A DNA stretch of 40,585 bases from Catajapyx aquilonaris (GCA_000934665.2 JYFJ02000983.1:62001-102585), one strand, 5' to 3'; counted from the stretch's first letter, positions 24,084-36,612 are shown. Numbers and translations are program-made. Notes: generated by a model not told the origin, from the letters alone.

Positions 24084-27000
24084 ATGTTTGTGGGCCAATC
24101 CACGTTTGGTGGTGCAGCTACTGGCTTCGCCAGCAGTGCCACGCCTGCTACTGCCAATCCCATGCGCAACTTTGAGGTCGTCTCCCCTCCAGATGACTCC
24201 GTCTCCTCGCTGGCATTTAGCCCTCCGACTATTCCCCAGAACTTCCTCATTGCAGGAAGCTGGGACAACAGCGTAAGTGTTTCAGTTCACTCTTCACATC
24301 GTTTCATCAGCTTGAACTGAGAGGACACCTTTCGTTTGCTCTCTTTGTAGGAAAATTGGTGTTAGAAGTTTGTTTCAAGAGTAATGTGTGGTAAAAATGT
24401 CTTTATTGTCTACTACAGGTTAGATGCTGGGAAGTTGAGCAGTCTGGTAAAACCATTCCAAAATCTATGCAGAGTATGTCTGGACCCATCTTGGATGTCT
24501 GCTGGAGTGATGTAAGATTTTTTAAAGTCTAAGAAATCTATTATCATGTCATGGCTACTGCTTGTAACATGCAAATTCAACTTACATGTTAGCATATTCC
24601 TCATGCACAGGTGGTCTGTGTTACGGTAAATGCTGAGAGGGTATCTCTTGGATGCATATTTCACTTTGTGTGCTCGTAGTTTAGTTTTGTCCTCCACTGG
24701 ATCAAGTTCATTACAGAAATATTTTGTGAAGAGGAATGATTCCAATATACACAAGTTTCACTCACATTTAGACCCATATGTCTCAGGGCTTTCATGTGCG
24801 TCATGCTTTGCATCATTTCCAAAAATAGGATCTGAAACAAAATATTCCTCCTACTTAATCCTTGATTCTATCCCTCAATTTTCTCTTGACTGGCATTGTT
24901 ACATTTTTAGTAAAGGATATTGATGTCAACTGCAATTGGCATTTTGTGTTCCACAATTGCAGCGAATTTCATTTGTGCATAAGTTGATATTTAAAATTGC
25001 ACATTAACCTTGCTTGTGCCAAAGTATCACTACTGCACTTGGTTACACAAGGCCATGAAATTCTTGATCTTCATTTACTTGTTACATGACTTGAGGATTT
25101 TTGAAGCGTCAACGTGTCATGACCACAGACCATTTTTCCAATCTGCGTTGTTTGTACTTTACAGGATGGCACAAAAGTGTTTATGGCATCGTGCGACAAG
25201 ATGGTGAAGTGCTGGGACCTGAACAGTAACCAATGCATCCAAGTCGCGCAGCATGACTCCCCAGTTAAAGTATGCAAATGGATCAAGGCTCAGACCTACT
25301 CGTGTCTCATGACTGGATCCTGGGACAAAACTCTCAAGGTCAGATCAGGTTTTCACAGATGAGGATAATTAAGGCATCATTGCATTTGGTGAGTGTAAAC
25401 CTTTTTTTTTTTGCACACACAGTTCTGGGATCCAAGGTCCCAAACCCCAATGATGACAATTCAACTTCCCGAGCGCTGCTATTGCGCCGATGTGGAGTAC
25501 CCGATGGCAGTGGTGGGCACGGCAGGCAGGGGCCTGATAGTGTACCAGCTGGAGGGACAGCCTCAGGAGTACAAGCGGGTGGAGTCTCCACTGAAGTACC
25601 AGCACAGGTGCATCTCCATTTTCCGAGACAAGAAGGGATCACCCACTGGGTTTGCCTTGGGGAGCGTGGAGGGAAGGGTGGCCATCCACTACGTCAACCC
25701 CCAAAATCCAAAGGACAACTTTACCTTCAAGTGCCACAGGTCTAACGGTACCACAAACGGGTACCAGGACATCTTTGCTGTGAGAATTTCATGTTTTGGG
25801 ATTGTTATGTTGTTCATTAAAGCCTAGTTACATGAATTAATTTCAAATGAGTGAATTAATTTCGGGAAAATCTTGCATTTTGTCATAACAATTTTTATTA
25901 TCTTTGTGATTATTCATTTGCCAGTGTTATGAGTAATACAGAATGATTTCTTACTCAGTTGTTTTGCATGTGCTGGGTATGTTTGGGATCTAACACGTAG
26001 CCTCTCGTGTCCTTTCCTGCGCTAGGTGAATGACATTGCGTTCCACCCAATTCATGGCACTTTGGCTACTGTTGGCTCCGATGGCCGCTTCAGCTTCTGG
26101 GATAAGGATGCTCGTACCAAGCTGAAGACCTCCGAAGCAATGGAGCAGCCCATCACTTGCTGCACTTTCAATCACAACGGGCAGATCTTTGCCTATTCAG
26201 TCAGCTATGACTGGTCAAAGGTCAGTTGTTCCATAATGCACATGTAATACATCCAAAGTTCTTGCGCAGCAGAAGCTATTTGCCTAGGTATATTTCAACT
26301 ATTGTACAGGGTGGGGCAAAAGTCATGGGCGGATTAAAACGACGCAGCATGGCGTAAGTAACGAACAATTATATTTAACCCTAATAAGACGTGTGGTTTT
26401 TCGCGTTTTTGCAAGGATCTGCAAAAAATTCGCTTGCTTTGGCACTTGGGGGGACGAGACTTGAAAACACTAGTGAATAAGATCGTCTAGTGTCCAGGCT
26501 GGATCCTGAGGCCATCTATGTGACCCTCCTGTCGTGCCATATGGAGGGATAAATTCTTATATGCGCAAGAGGTGGCGCAGGGGGGTATGTTTCGCGCCTA
26601 CTCAAACTTTTTGTCACTCAGCCTGCTTGTCAAAAAATTATCGGTATGTAGCCTTGGCACCTCTGAACAAAGCAGTAACTTACATAAGCACATGGCATGA
26701 ATTACGTCACAGGCATTCCTGGCGAGCTATAGTGATAAACACTCACACCCTCACGAATGTAAACATTCCTTGAGCCACAGCTGTTCAAAACCCACGCGGG
26801 GCATGCACCCCTCCATCCAGACAGGCCGGCAGGGAGTTGCGCAGAAGCCACCCAGTCGCTAATTGGCATTTACGAACATTAGTTATTTATTTTAAAACTA
26901 TTGAATTATCTTTTGCACTAATTTTAGGGTGTAATCTCTTGAGGAGGTTTGGGAGCAACTATGTATGCCAAAAATTTGCCGGTCAAGGTCGTTTTTTTTT

Positions 27001-28233
27001 CCCCCCCAGTGGCCGCCAAAAGATATTTCGTTCAAGTTAATCTGGTTAATCCGGTTTATTTATGCACGATTTTGTAGTCCAAAACGCGCGATTTTTTACG
27101 CGAGAAAAAATACAAAAAGCCACACAGAAATCACGTTACATAGTGGGAAAACGCTATAGTTGCGCCAGCAGAAATTTTTTAAAGCCACCGAATCAGCATA
27201 TGATACGCCCGTCTTAGGGTTTTTAAAAATTACACTACACAGAGAAAGATATTCCATTTATGAATCAAGGTCCAAAAAGTCACTTCTGGAAAACAACACC
27301 AGATAAATGACTTCCTTTGCGGGCAACACATTCCTCCAAGCGCCGGACGAAACCCTTCATAAAGCGCTCCAGCATGTCCAGGGAAATGTTTCTCATGGCG
27401 TGTCTTATCTGATCCTTAACCCTGTAATGCCCCTTGGGTCATATCTGGCACACCATTTAGTGCAATTTGGCACACTTACAGAAAATATAAAAATTGCAAA
27501 AGTTGCAAAAATTGCAATAAATGGTGTGCCAGATATGACCCAGTGGGCATTACTTAGATTAGTGGCATTACAGGGTTAAGATCAGCCAATGACTGAGGAG
27601 GTGTGGTGAACACCAAACAAATTAAAAGTCAAATGTTTCCTGGGCCATTTCGAGATTTGGGGACATTCCATGGCCGCCGTGGTCGCCGGATTTGACCACC
27701 CCTGACTTCTTGTGGAGGTACCTGAAGAGTTTGGTGTTCGCCTCACGTCCTCAGTCATTGGCTGATCGTAAGGATCAGATAAGACACGTCGTGAGAAACA
27801 TTCCCGTGGACATGCTGGAGCGCGTGATGAAGGGTTTTGTCTGGCGCTTGGAGGAATGTGTTGCCCACAAAGGTGCACATCTATCAGGTGTTGTTTTCTA
27901 GAAGTGACTTTTTTGGACCTTGATCCATATATGGCATATCTTTCTGTGTGTAGTGTAATTTTTTTAAATATAATTGTTCATTACTTCCGCCATGCTGCGT
28001 CGTTTTAATCTGCCCATGACTTTTGCCCCACCCTGTACAACATTATTCTGTAATGTGTCATCACTCAAATTATTATGTGGGGGTGTAAATGTTGAAAGGA
28101 GCTTTTGTTCCACATTAATTAACAATGAGGAATATGTTCCTTGCAGGGGCATGAGTACTACAATCCCCAGAAGAAGAACTACATCTTCTTGCATCCCTGT
28201 TATGAAGATCTGAAGCCCAGATCCAAGACATAA
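24084..28233 (+). CDS. RAE1: mRNA export factor Rae1 (WD40), 6 coding exons, about 364 aa
   Basis: Exons 24084-24272, 24419-24511, 25165-25338, 25423-25779, 26026-26220 and 28147-28233, all phase 0 and GT-AG. Motifs: [122 protein letters not shown] acceptor at 24043. AATAAA at 28335. Confidence 0.96.
26379..27219. mobile_element. Nested piggyBac-like non-autonomous element
   Basis: TTAA|ccctaataagacg ... cgtcttaggg|tttttaa. It interrupts the left arm of the host element, whose sequence resumes after 27220. Confidence 0.65.
27420..27575. mobile_element. Nested piggyBac-like MITE with TTAA target duplication
   Basis: TTAA|ccctgtaatgcc ... ggcattacaggg|TTAA, with an internal palindrome gggtcatatctggcacaccattta / taaatggtgtgccagatatgaccc. 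Confidence 0.8.
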
Positions 28234-28597
28234 ACTGTTGAAACCTATTTACCTATTCCCTGCAAGTTTGGTGACCTGCATATTAGAATGCATTTTTTCT
28301 TAATTGTTTAAAGCTGTACGCAGCTGCAGTTGCAAATAAAATACATGGTTTACATCTGACAGAACATTTTTATTGTGTCCTGTTGGATTCGAGAACACTA
28401 TTTTGTCGTGTGTTAAGAGTTATTGCATCACTACATTTATGCATGTAAGTGAAGGTAGCTTTCATCTTGCTCTCTAATTCAAAAAGTTGGTGGAATTGAT
28501 TCTTTGATTTGCCAGGTTCATTCCAAAAAGTCAGAGGTGACATTTTATAAATACAGGGTGTCATACTGGACAGTGAATGCAGCCCAGCAGTTTTTAA

Positions 28598-29150
28598 CCC
28601 TCCAACGGTGACCGACGCCACTATTTTCGCTATAACATTGAAAATCTATCACATATGAGCTTCATCTTGTAGGACATCTTGGTTTGATTCCTTTTGTGAT
28701 TAATGGCGTTTAGTTTACATTTTTAGAGTAAATAGCATGATCAGGAAACAAATTATGTACAGATGCATAATCACAGCCAACACTGCATTCTATCACTTAC
28801 TCTTGCTTTACAGAGGGGGGACCTGAGCTTACCAGTACTGATCAGCTCAGGTCCCCCCTCTGGAAAGCTTAGTGATTCATGAAGCCAGCTCTGGTTTTGG
28901 GCTTTCGAAAGGAAACCGGTTCGGCGTAGGTGACACACGTGCACATTATAGCCCCAAACATGCATCAGTGCATAATTGATTTTTTTAAATGTCATACTAT
29001 CTGCTCAAAAATTATGAAGTAAATTCCATTCATCGCAGAAGGAATCAACCCAAGATAGTTTCAAAAATGAAGTCCAAATGTGCTACATTTCCCATGTTAT
29101 AACAAAAAAATGTGACTTGGTCACATAATGCCCACATCACCATCGTAGGG
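28598..29150. mobile_element. piggyBac-like non-autonomous element with TTAA target duplication
   Basis: TTAA|ccctccaacggtga ... tcaccatcgtaggg|TTAA. Internal hairpin agagggggacctgagct / agctcaggtccccctct at 28812-28861. Confidence 0.65.
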
Positions 29151-29293
29151 TTAAAGACCATGGAAAGGAATGCCAGCTGCCACATTGCAACCTCTCAATG
29201 CTGCAGCTAGTTTTCCTTCTTGCTGCTGTCTTTAAAAAACAGGCCAGAAAGGCAGTATGCTGTATTTGCTGTCCATTGTATGAGCACCATTAG

Positions 29294-29736
29294 CCCTTAA
29301 CTACGTAGGTGGAGCCTGAGAGGCTCCAACGGTATATTTAAATTTATGCTTATCAACTAAATTGTTATATTGGACTTTTCACATACAGAAAGTGAAGTTC
29401 AGATCATTAGGCTTCTGAAAACGTAAAAATCACAGGCTGAGTCAGCATATTCCGACAGGGAAAAATGTTTAATTAAAAGGTTACATCAACAACTTTGAGC
29501 CGCTCTGGCTTCACCTGCATAGGGATAGCCTGAGTGGTTAGAGGGACCTGTTCCTCGTTACGAATTTTTTTAAACCAAAGAATAGGGACTAAAATTTTCT
29601 TTCTTTCCTTTTCATGCTTAGGAAGGTTTTTCTGACAAAGTCACGGAAGGACAGGGGAAAATAAAATTCGATGAAAAAGTTACATGCGTTTAAATAGTGC
29701 TTGGAGCCTCTCAGGCTCCACCTACGTAGTTAAGGG
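29294..29736. mobile_element. piggyBac-like MITE with perfect 36-bp TIRs, flanked by TTAG direct repeats
   Basis: TTAG|cccttaactacgtaggtggagcctgagaggctccaa ... ttggagcctctcaggctccacctacgtagttaaggg|TTAG. Confidence 0.85.
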
Positions 29737-29969
29737 TTAGCCACTGCATTTGCAACATTAACATTTTTGTGCTATTTTTCAACATAAGGTATGTAACAAA
29801 ACATCTCTCCAAGTTATATAAAAAGCAACTCACGCATAAAGTTGTGAATGATGGCTTACGTAAGTTGTGGACTTTCTGTATATAATTATGTGGTATTAGG
29901 AAAATATCAGTGACATATTTCAAATATTCAATCTTACAATTTGTTACCCCATGATAGGCTCAATAATGA

Positions 29970-30116
29970 TGGATTTTGATTGTGGGAGGAAATGGGAGAA
30001 TGCCAAGAAAGCCCCGAGATACTCTTTCTCCACATGAGAAAATCCTGTCAGGCCCAAGGATCAAACATTGGACCACAAAGGTGGAAGATTTGTGGTGCTA
30101 ATCACTGACCACTGTG
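29970..30116 (-). mobile_element. Degraded tRNA-derived SINE, same family as 35761
   Basis: The reverse complement cagtggtcagtgattagcaccacaaatcttccacc...gtttgatcc...ggggctttcttggcattctcccatttcctcccacaatcaaaatcc aligns by eye with the 35761 copy. Confidence 0.6.
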
Positions 30117-30380
30117 TAGTCCCTTAATATTCAAATATTCACAGCCCTACAGAGTGTCAAAAAGACAAATATGGCATGTCTTAACACCACTAAGAAAAGC
30201 TCATGATTTAATAAATGCCCGCTAATTCAGACCCAAGGTGATCATGACTGAAATGGTGCTATTCAGATGTGGGCTCCCATATTCTTTTGTGACATAAGTC
30301 ATCGTCCTGCTATGACAGATATAACTTGGGCATGGCTAAAAATGGCACTAGTTTATATCATAAAAGTAAACCAAAAAATA

Positions 30381-31231
30381 TGTAGGGGAGACCGGGGCAC
30401 AGTGGACCACTTTTGCACATTTGAATTTTTATATACCTACCTGTTATACCTACACACCCCATATTTTCAGGCATGGTGGAGACACTCCTTGGTAATATAA
30501 GTCACTACTATATTCACAGGCAGTGCCATCCTTTTGGCTTTAAAAAAATTTAGAAGCGACCCCCTGCAAATGGTCCACTGTACCCCGACAGGTGGGGCAC
30601 AGTGGTCCGGAAGTGATTGGGACCCCTAATTCACACAAGAAGTTTATTATCATTGCCCAACTTTTTTTTTTACAGCTGTTCATTTTGAGGACTGTGTCAA
30701 CATCACAGTTTTGCCCCTTTTTTCTACCTAATTCACATTTTAAAAATCATTGTCTCACTTTTTTTTTTACAGCTGTTCATTTCGGGACACAGTGTGCATT
30801 TCGGGGCACAGTGGTACATGGACCACTGTGCCCCGCAAACGACTGGACCACTGTGCCCCGGACAGCAGCAACTGACATAATGCTATGATTGTAACTTCGA
30901 TTGCAAGTTAGGCTTACCAAACTTGCGGTAATTCATGGGCAAAGGGCGGCACTATTCCACAAGATTTTTATATCAGGCTCATGCCCAACATCTACGCCTG
31001 AAGTGGCATTTAAACTGTGGGTTAGTAATTTACTTCACTTATCTTCAAATCGATTTCGCTGGATATCTATCGATCGATCGATCGCTAGCCGTTGCCAGCC
31101 ATGTTGGCAGGAGCATGGCAGTGACTTGTTATACTTGGTACCAGATGAAAAAAATTTAGCGGCTTTTTCAATTTTTAAAATGGAAAGGTCCACTGTGCCC
31201 CGTGGTCCACTGTGCCCCAGTCTCCCCTACA
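30381..31231. mobile_element. Non-autonomous DNA transposon with about 30-bp TIRs and internal repeats of ggggcacagtggacc/ccactgtgcccc
   Basis: tgtaggggagaccggggcacagtggaccac ... gtggtccactgtgccccagtctcccctaca. The motif recurs in both orientations near 30572-30608, 30804-30860 and 31187-31218. Confidence 0.8.
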
Positions 31232-31431
31232 TTCACTCCTGTCCCATCCTTCACTGTTAAGTTCAGAGACTTGCACTACGTTAAAAACTGCTGCTTTATG
31301 GCAGTCAGGTTGACTACAGCCTGTCAGGTACAAAGCTTTTCACCCATACAAAATGCAAGACAATGCTGTGCACACTCCTTGCGTAAAGGTTTGGCACTTA
31401 TTCCTTGTGAGTAGTGTTCTTCCATTAGCAT

Positions 31432-33753
31432 TTAAAATACCACTTTCCACTTGGTAGGCTGCTGACATTTTGGTTCATCATCTCCACAAAGGCGGTTAAA
31501 TGTTGTTTTTGAGCTGAAGCCTAGAATTTCTCTTTCTTCTTGGATGCGAAATGAGAAGGTGGATTCAAATGTTCCAACAAAGTACCTGGAAAACAACACA
31601 TCCTGTGACTACTGCTTCAGATTTGCAAATGCAACGGGTACCTTGCATGTGAGCAGATAATCTGGTCAATGATTGCAACGCCACCATCTTTATACTTATT
31701 ATGGACAGTGGCTGGTGCGTCATAAGTGACAGTGTTGTCCACAAGCTTCTTGAGTTCAGCAATTTCTAAGAAAGAGTTCTGTCACAATTATTATTGTTCT
31801 GCATGTGAAGAGTGATGTCTTACCATTTGTGGGAGCATCCGTGGCCAGAAAGACATGATTTACATCTAAATTTTTCAGGACGGCCACAATCTGTTGTGCG
31901 GCACCAGTGAGACTAGGAACATGTTTGGCACGCCCATACAGAAAGTCCCGACGCCTGAGATGTACACACAAGTATGGGCCACCCTTAGTAACCCGCTCCT
32001 GAAAAGCAGCTTTTAGTACCATACCTCTACTACTTGCATCTGTGGGCGTACCTTCTCATCCCTCCAGTCATCAGGTTGAATTGTTCCATCCATCTCATTA
32101 GAGGAATTTAAGTAACTTAACCTGAACTCTGAAGCCAATTTGACCAACTCTTTGGAGAACCGCATGCTCCGACGGACCTTCCAATATTCTCTGTCACCAA
32201 AAGTGTCATGCAACACGATTTCAGCTCGATCAATCATGACAAATCTGAAAATTTTTCAATCAAGTAAAATGCAAGATGAGGTAAAAGTGATACATACGTT
32301 CCACGTGAATTCAGAAGAAGCTCCATCAGTGTCTTTGCATGCCCTTGGACAGAGAGGCACACAAGTTTCTTGGCAGAAACATTTTCATAGCCCCAAAACC
32401 ACCCAGATATCTCGTTATCTTCTTCACTGCAGAAAAAAGAGGATGCTGATTTAACCCTCTTCCATTTACTGTACTTCAATATTAATTACTAAATTCTTCC
32501 TTTCTTATGTGTTCATAAGAAGCCTCTGCCTTAAATCATTCTCAAGAGTAATGTTTGTCCAATCTTTCCTTCGCATGGCCTAAATGTTTTCTCAAATACG
32601 ATTATATCTGGACATACATGTATGGAGGGTTGTCAATACAAGGCCGTTCATCAAACTTTTCTTCCCATGTGCCATCAGACCATCCTTCTGCATAATGCTG
32701 TAGGTAATACAACTTCTCAATTTCGATCTTCTTATGTTCTGGAATAATAGGATAGGATAGCATTAATTAATAACAGAATGACACTGAGCTAGACTCATAG
32801 TCACACCTTTCAGCACATCAGCCAATTCTACCACAGGTACATATTTCCTCATGCTAGGCACATCAAAGAAGAGGCTCCATGGTAATTTCACTTGAGTAAT
32901 GTTCTTGGATTTCCAGTGATACAAATCACCCCAAGGTGGCAAGATCTGCAAAAACATGCAAAACATCCACAGCCTGTTCATGAATGTGACAAAATGAAGC
33001 AGCTCTGGCAATATTCTCCGCACATAATCATTCCCAATCATGCATTCCCCATAAACATCTGCATGCATTAATTTCGCGTATGTTGTATCTCTAGCCTCCT
33101 ACACAGCCATTAGATCCACCCTCCATTGTAGTTTATTCAAGAGTAACATTAAAATGTACCAGACTCCAGTCGCCTCGTTCCTGTAAATTCCGCACCAATG
33201 AAGCCACTCTCATGTACACATCCCGTCTCAAGTTGAAGCCTTCACTGGGGTTCACCTCATACAGCAAATACCTGCAAGCAAATTCCCATCACTGACCAAT
33301 AAGTCTTTGCATATCTTACATCGTTACATGCTACCACCACAATACCTTAATATTTTTCCACATACCTTTGCTACTCTCTTCTCACTCCCATTATTCCCAA
33401 TCAAAACCCCAGGGTGCCTCACAAGTCTGAACCCTTAGGAGTATTCTATTGAATTGTTGTAGTATATGATACAATGATATAATAATGTAGTAGTACGGTA
33501 CAATGTTACTATGTAAGTAATGTAACCATATACTACAGCAATGTAATAGGAAACTCCTATGGGTCCAGGGACACCATGTAGACATTAAACATATTGCACA
33601 AACAACGAATAAAAAGGGCAAGTAGGAACCTCATTACCTCTTTGGAAGGGCAGTGCCTGCATCACACTGCTCCGGAGTCTGCACAACTTCGCCTTTCGCA
33701 ATAATTATCGCTGCACACAACAAGCCTCCAATCGCCACAACATACCGCAGCAT
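31432..33753 (-). CDS. POFUT2: GDP-fucose protein O-fucosyltransferase 2, 9 exons, about 420 aa
   Basis: Minus-strand exons 33753-33638, 33271-33160, 32945-32807, 32738-32618, 32426-32298, 32244-32052, 31998-31824, 31765-31642 and 31585-31432 are all in phase. Signal peptide, then [94 protein letters not shown] and TFNRLCGD. Confidence 0.95.
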
Positions 33754-34748
33754 CTTCCCTACCGGTCCTTATTCGCGGTGTCCTCGCAGCGACAGTAAGT
33801 CATAACCTCAAATCCGTGCTCATTTCAGAAGAGAATAATTGCAGATAATTGTCATTGTCTGGCGGTCATTGCGCAACACGCGCTTCATTTGTTTCCCCGC
33901 CACCATTTTGTAGCCATTAACAATCGCCATGGGAGTGTTAATATTTCCAACAGAACATCGTCAGAAATGCAACGAACAGCCACAGTACTTACTTGCTAGT
34001 GCACGGCCAGTATGACCTGCAATTTAATTCAACTGCGAAACCCAGTTACAAATTATTCATACCATGCAACACCACAACATATGAATTAGCTATATAGCCG
34101 TTTCCCCCCACATTATCGCTGATTTCCAGCCGCTATGCTGCATGAGGCCCTCCGAGCAGACTTGGATTCGAATGCACCCCCCAGCAAGCGTGAGGGTGGC
34201 GATGGGAACGGGCCCCCGTCCCCCCCTCTGCAAAGATGGTCGATCATGTTGTACACGTTTGACGTCCTTGCAGTTTAGGAGGCTCCCCCTGGCTCGGGGC
34301 CAAATGCGGGCTGGTACGGCAGATTGAGGGGGAGGTGGCCGACGTCCAGGATTGAAGTGGAGCCTCCGATGCGAAGAGACGGGGGACATGACGAGCAAAT
34401 GGGAGGAATTGGCAGGTGACTATCATAGCGCAGATCGGAAATGGCGATATTGCACAAAGGAGTCGATGATATGGCGCGATTGCGTGACTCTGTGGAAGAC
34501 ATGGCTATACTGCAGTGAGCAAATTATTGACGGGAAGAGTAACGAGCACTTTAAGGCAATATTTTAACGGGTTAGCTATACGACAGAGAGTGACGCAAGG
34601 TCATGTTACTAGGATCATGCATGTGACACGTGGTAATGCCAATACTGATATTTTGTAAGGGACAGGACATTCTCAAACCCATGAAAATGTTTCACTAGTA
34701 ATAAAAATTAGTTTGGCACCATTTCTAAACCAGGACATGATGACAATA

Positions 34749-34917
34749 CTGCCGTCCCAAGGTAAAACACCCTAACTTGAAAACTAGTAAGGGTGAAGGT
34801 TGCATGCACATCCTGCACTAATCCCTCCTGACTCAGAAGGGATTAGTGCAGGGCGTGCATGTGACTGTCACCCTTACTATAGTTTTGGAGATAGGGTGTT
34901 TCACTTTGGGATGGCAG
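34749..34917. mobile_element. Hairpin MITE flanked by AATA direct repeats, family shared with 23341-23495
   Basis: AATA|ctgccgtcccaaggtaaaacaccct ... agggtgtttcactttgggatggcag|AATA. Nearly the whole element is self-complementary. Confidence 0.75.
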
Positions 34918-35214
34918 AATAGTTACACGTGACATGTAACAATGTCCAAGAATGTAAGGACCTAATTGTACATTATTTAACGTTTTATCACCGTATCACT
35001 GCAAGGAAGTCACGAGTGTTTTGGTCTTGTGGTTGCATTCTTCACATTGATAATTCCATAAGTTCCTAATTACTTTAACGATCCTTTAATTAGTTTAATA
35101 ACTGTGTCAATTTTAAGTGTTATTAATATAATACTTTACGGTGGACCTGGAATGTCAGCAAAATGGTCCTTGAGTTGCATCTAAAAAATGTATAAAGGTA
35201 TGCTTTCGCATATG

Positions 35215-35522
35215 TCAGCCCAGCCGCCTGCAATTCTTACCCCATCCTTATGGAGACGGTTGTGAACTTATTGAGTCTCTGCCACCCTGGATTTGTTATT
35301 GGGGCTGTCGCAGCTCCACAGTCTTACGATTCAGGCAGACACCTTCTGAACCAACCCAAACCATCTTTGCCCCTGCAGCTGGGTCTGGAGTACATTACCA
35401 GACTCGCCAGCCACCTGAATCGTAGCATCACTCAGGAGCACCGCCAGTACCAAATCTGGGGTGGCGGAGACTCTCTAAGTTCACAGCCGTGTCATAGAAG
35501 TTGCAGGTGGCGTGTCAGCCTC
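35215..35522. repeat. Diverged fold-back element with arms of about 120 bp
   Basis: acggttgtgaacttattgagtctctgccaccctggatttg...tacgattcagg is the inverted repeat of cctgaatcgtag...caaatctggggtggcggagactctctaagttcacagccgt. Confidence 0.6.
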
Positions 35523-35760
35523 ACCGTTCCAAAACACAGTATCTGACATTTTGTAGGAAATTGAGATATCACTACTTATGTACAGTACATAACATATCGG
35601 GACAAAAAGAAAACAGCATGCATAAAATCTCCCCGTCTGTCTGAAGTCAGTCAAAGGATGATGCAGTACTTTATGTCAGTAAGAACCAAGTATCTACCCT
35701 ACTTCATGACCATACTCAATGCAGAACCCAGTTTGTCCAGTTCATACTCCTGTGAAAGCA

Positions 35761-35932
35761 GGGCGGCAGGGTGGCAGAGTGGCTAGCGCCACAGCCTTCC
35801 ACATCTAAGGTCCCGAGTTCGATCCCTGAATCGGACTGAGGATACTTACGTGGCTCGAGTTTCGATGGGCTCTCTTCGTTTTCACGTGGGTTTTCTCGGG
35901 GTTCTCCTGTTTCCTCCCGCTATCAAAATCCA
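35761..35932 (+). mobile_element. tRNA-derived SINE
   Basis: A box TGGCAGAGTGG (35772) and B box GAGTTCGATCC (35815), followed by a gtgggttttctcggggttctcctgtttcctccc core typical of conserved-domain SINEs. Confidence 0.75.
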
Positions 35933-36059
35933 TCACAGCAAAGGCAACTGTGCCTTGAGCTTCCAGGCATGCTGAACCATTTCACATATGTTTCAAAGGG
36001 ATTGATACTTATTTGTGTCTCTATAAGCAGAAATGCGGACATGTTGGTAGTTTCACATT

Positions 36060-36612
36060 ACTGACAAGGGAAGTGTCTGTAGGGCCATCGGCCAATCTGC
36101 CCGAAAATGACACTAGGGGTAAATCGCAGGCCAGAAATTCATTGGTGAAAGTAAAAAGTCGCATTAGCCAACCGTTTTCGAGCATCGGCAGAAAAAAAAA
36201 AAAAAGTAATGCACTTCCCAGCAAGCTGTTTATTTATTCCTGTTGATTGCAAAAGGGAAGATATGCGGTGATAAACGGTGTTGGGGAAGAAAGAAAAAGA
36301 AACCGATACTCCGAGACGAGAGAGGGAGGGGGGGAAAAAAGTCGCTTCCCGTGGACTTGAACGCCGAGACTTCGGATCATGACGCGGACGCGCTACCGAC
36401 TGAGCCACGAAGACTGCTTATAATTTCTTCTGCCGAATGCGCCCCATTGTCACCGAGCAGGTTTGCCGGGCACCTATAGTCGCCCATATCTCGAAAACGC
36501 TTGGCTAATGCAACTTTTTACTTTCACCAATGAATTTCTGGCCTGCGATTTACCCCTAGTGTCATTTTCGGGCCGATTGGCCGATGGCCCTACAGACACT
36601 TCCCTTGTGAGT
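36060..36612. mobile_element. MITE with about 123-bp near-perfect TIRs and an internal tRNA-like sequence
   Basis: actgacaagggaagtgtctgtagggccatcggccaatc...gcattagccaaccgttttcgag is the inverted repeat of ctcgaaaacgcttggctaatgc...ggccctacagacacttcccttgtgagt. Confidence 0.85.
36335..36414 (-). other. tRNA-like Pol III cassette inside the MITE; not a canonical tRNA
   Basis: Minus strand reads gtcttcgTGGCTCAGTCGGtagcgcgtccgcgtCATgatccgaagtctcggcGTTCAAGTCcacgggaagcgacTTTTTT, giving A box, B box and a T6 terminator. The stems pair poorly. Confidence 0.55.

Larger units (their letters stand above)
26307..28035. mobile_element. Tc1/mariner-superfamily fold-back derivative with TA target duplication in Rae1 intron 5, containing two nested insertions
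   Basis: TA|cagggtggggcaaaagtcatgggc ... gcccatgacttttgccccaccctg|TA. Transposase C-terminal remnant at about 27665-27901: [23 protein letters not shown]...[18 protein letters not shown]. Confidence 0.88.

Noticed and set aside
25272..25745. 157-aa alternative-frame ORF and antisense ORFs over Rae1 exons 3-4
   Set aside because: Shadow frames of GC3-rich Rae1 coding sequence.
34090..34567. GC-rich block with several ORFs and three loose ~30-bp repeats (atggcgatattgc-like)
   Set aside because: The best-looking frame has multiple stops and no identifiable family. Likely a decayed retroelement fragment beside the POFUT2 promoter.
35250..35546. 98-aa ORF
   Set aside because: It lies within a fold-back repeat and has no protein motif.
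36341..36414. Functional tRNA-Met gene
   Set aside because: The acceptor, anticodon and T stems do not pair properly and it sits inside a MITE, so it is reported only as tRNA-like.
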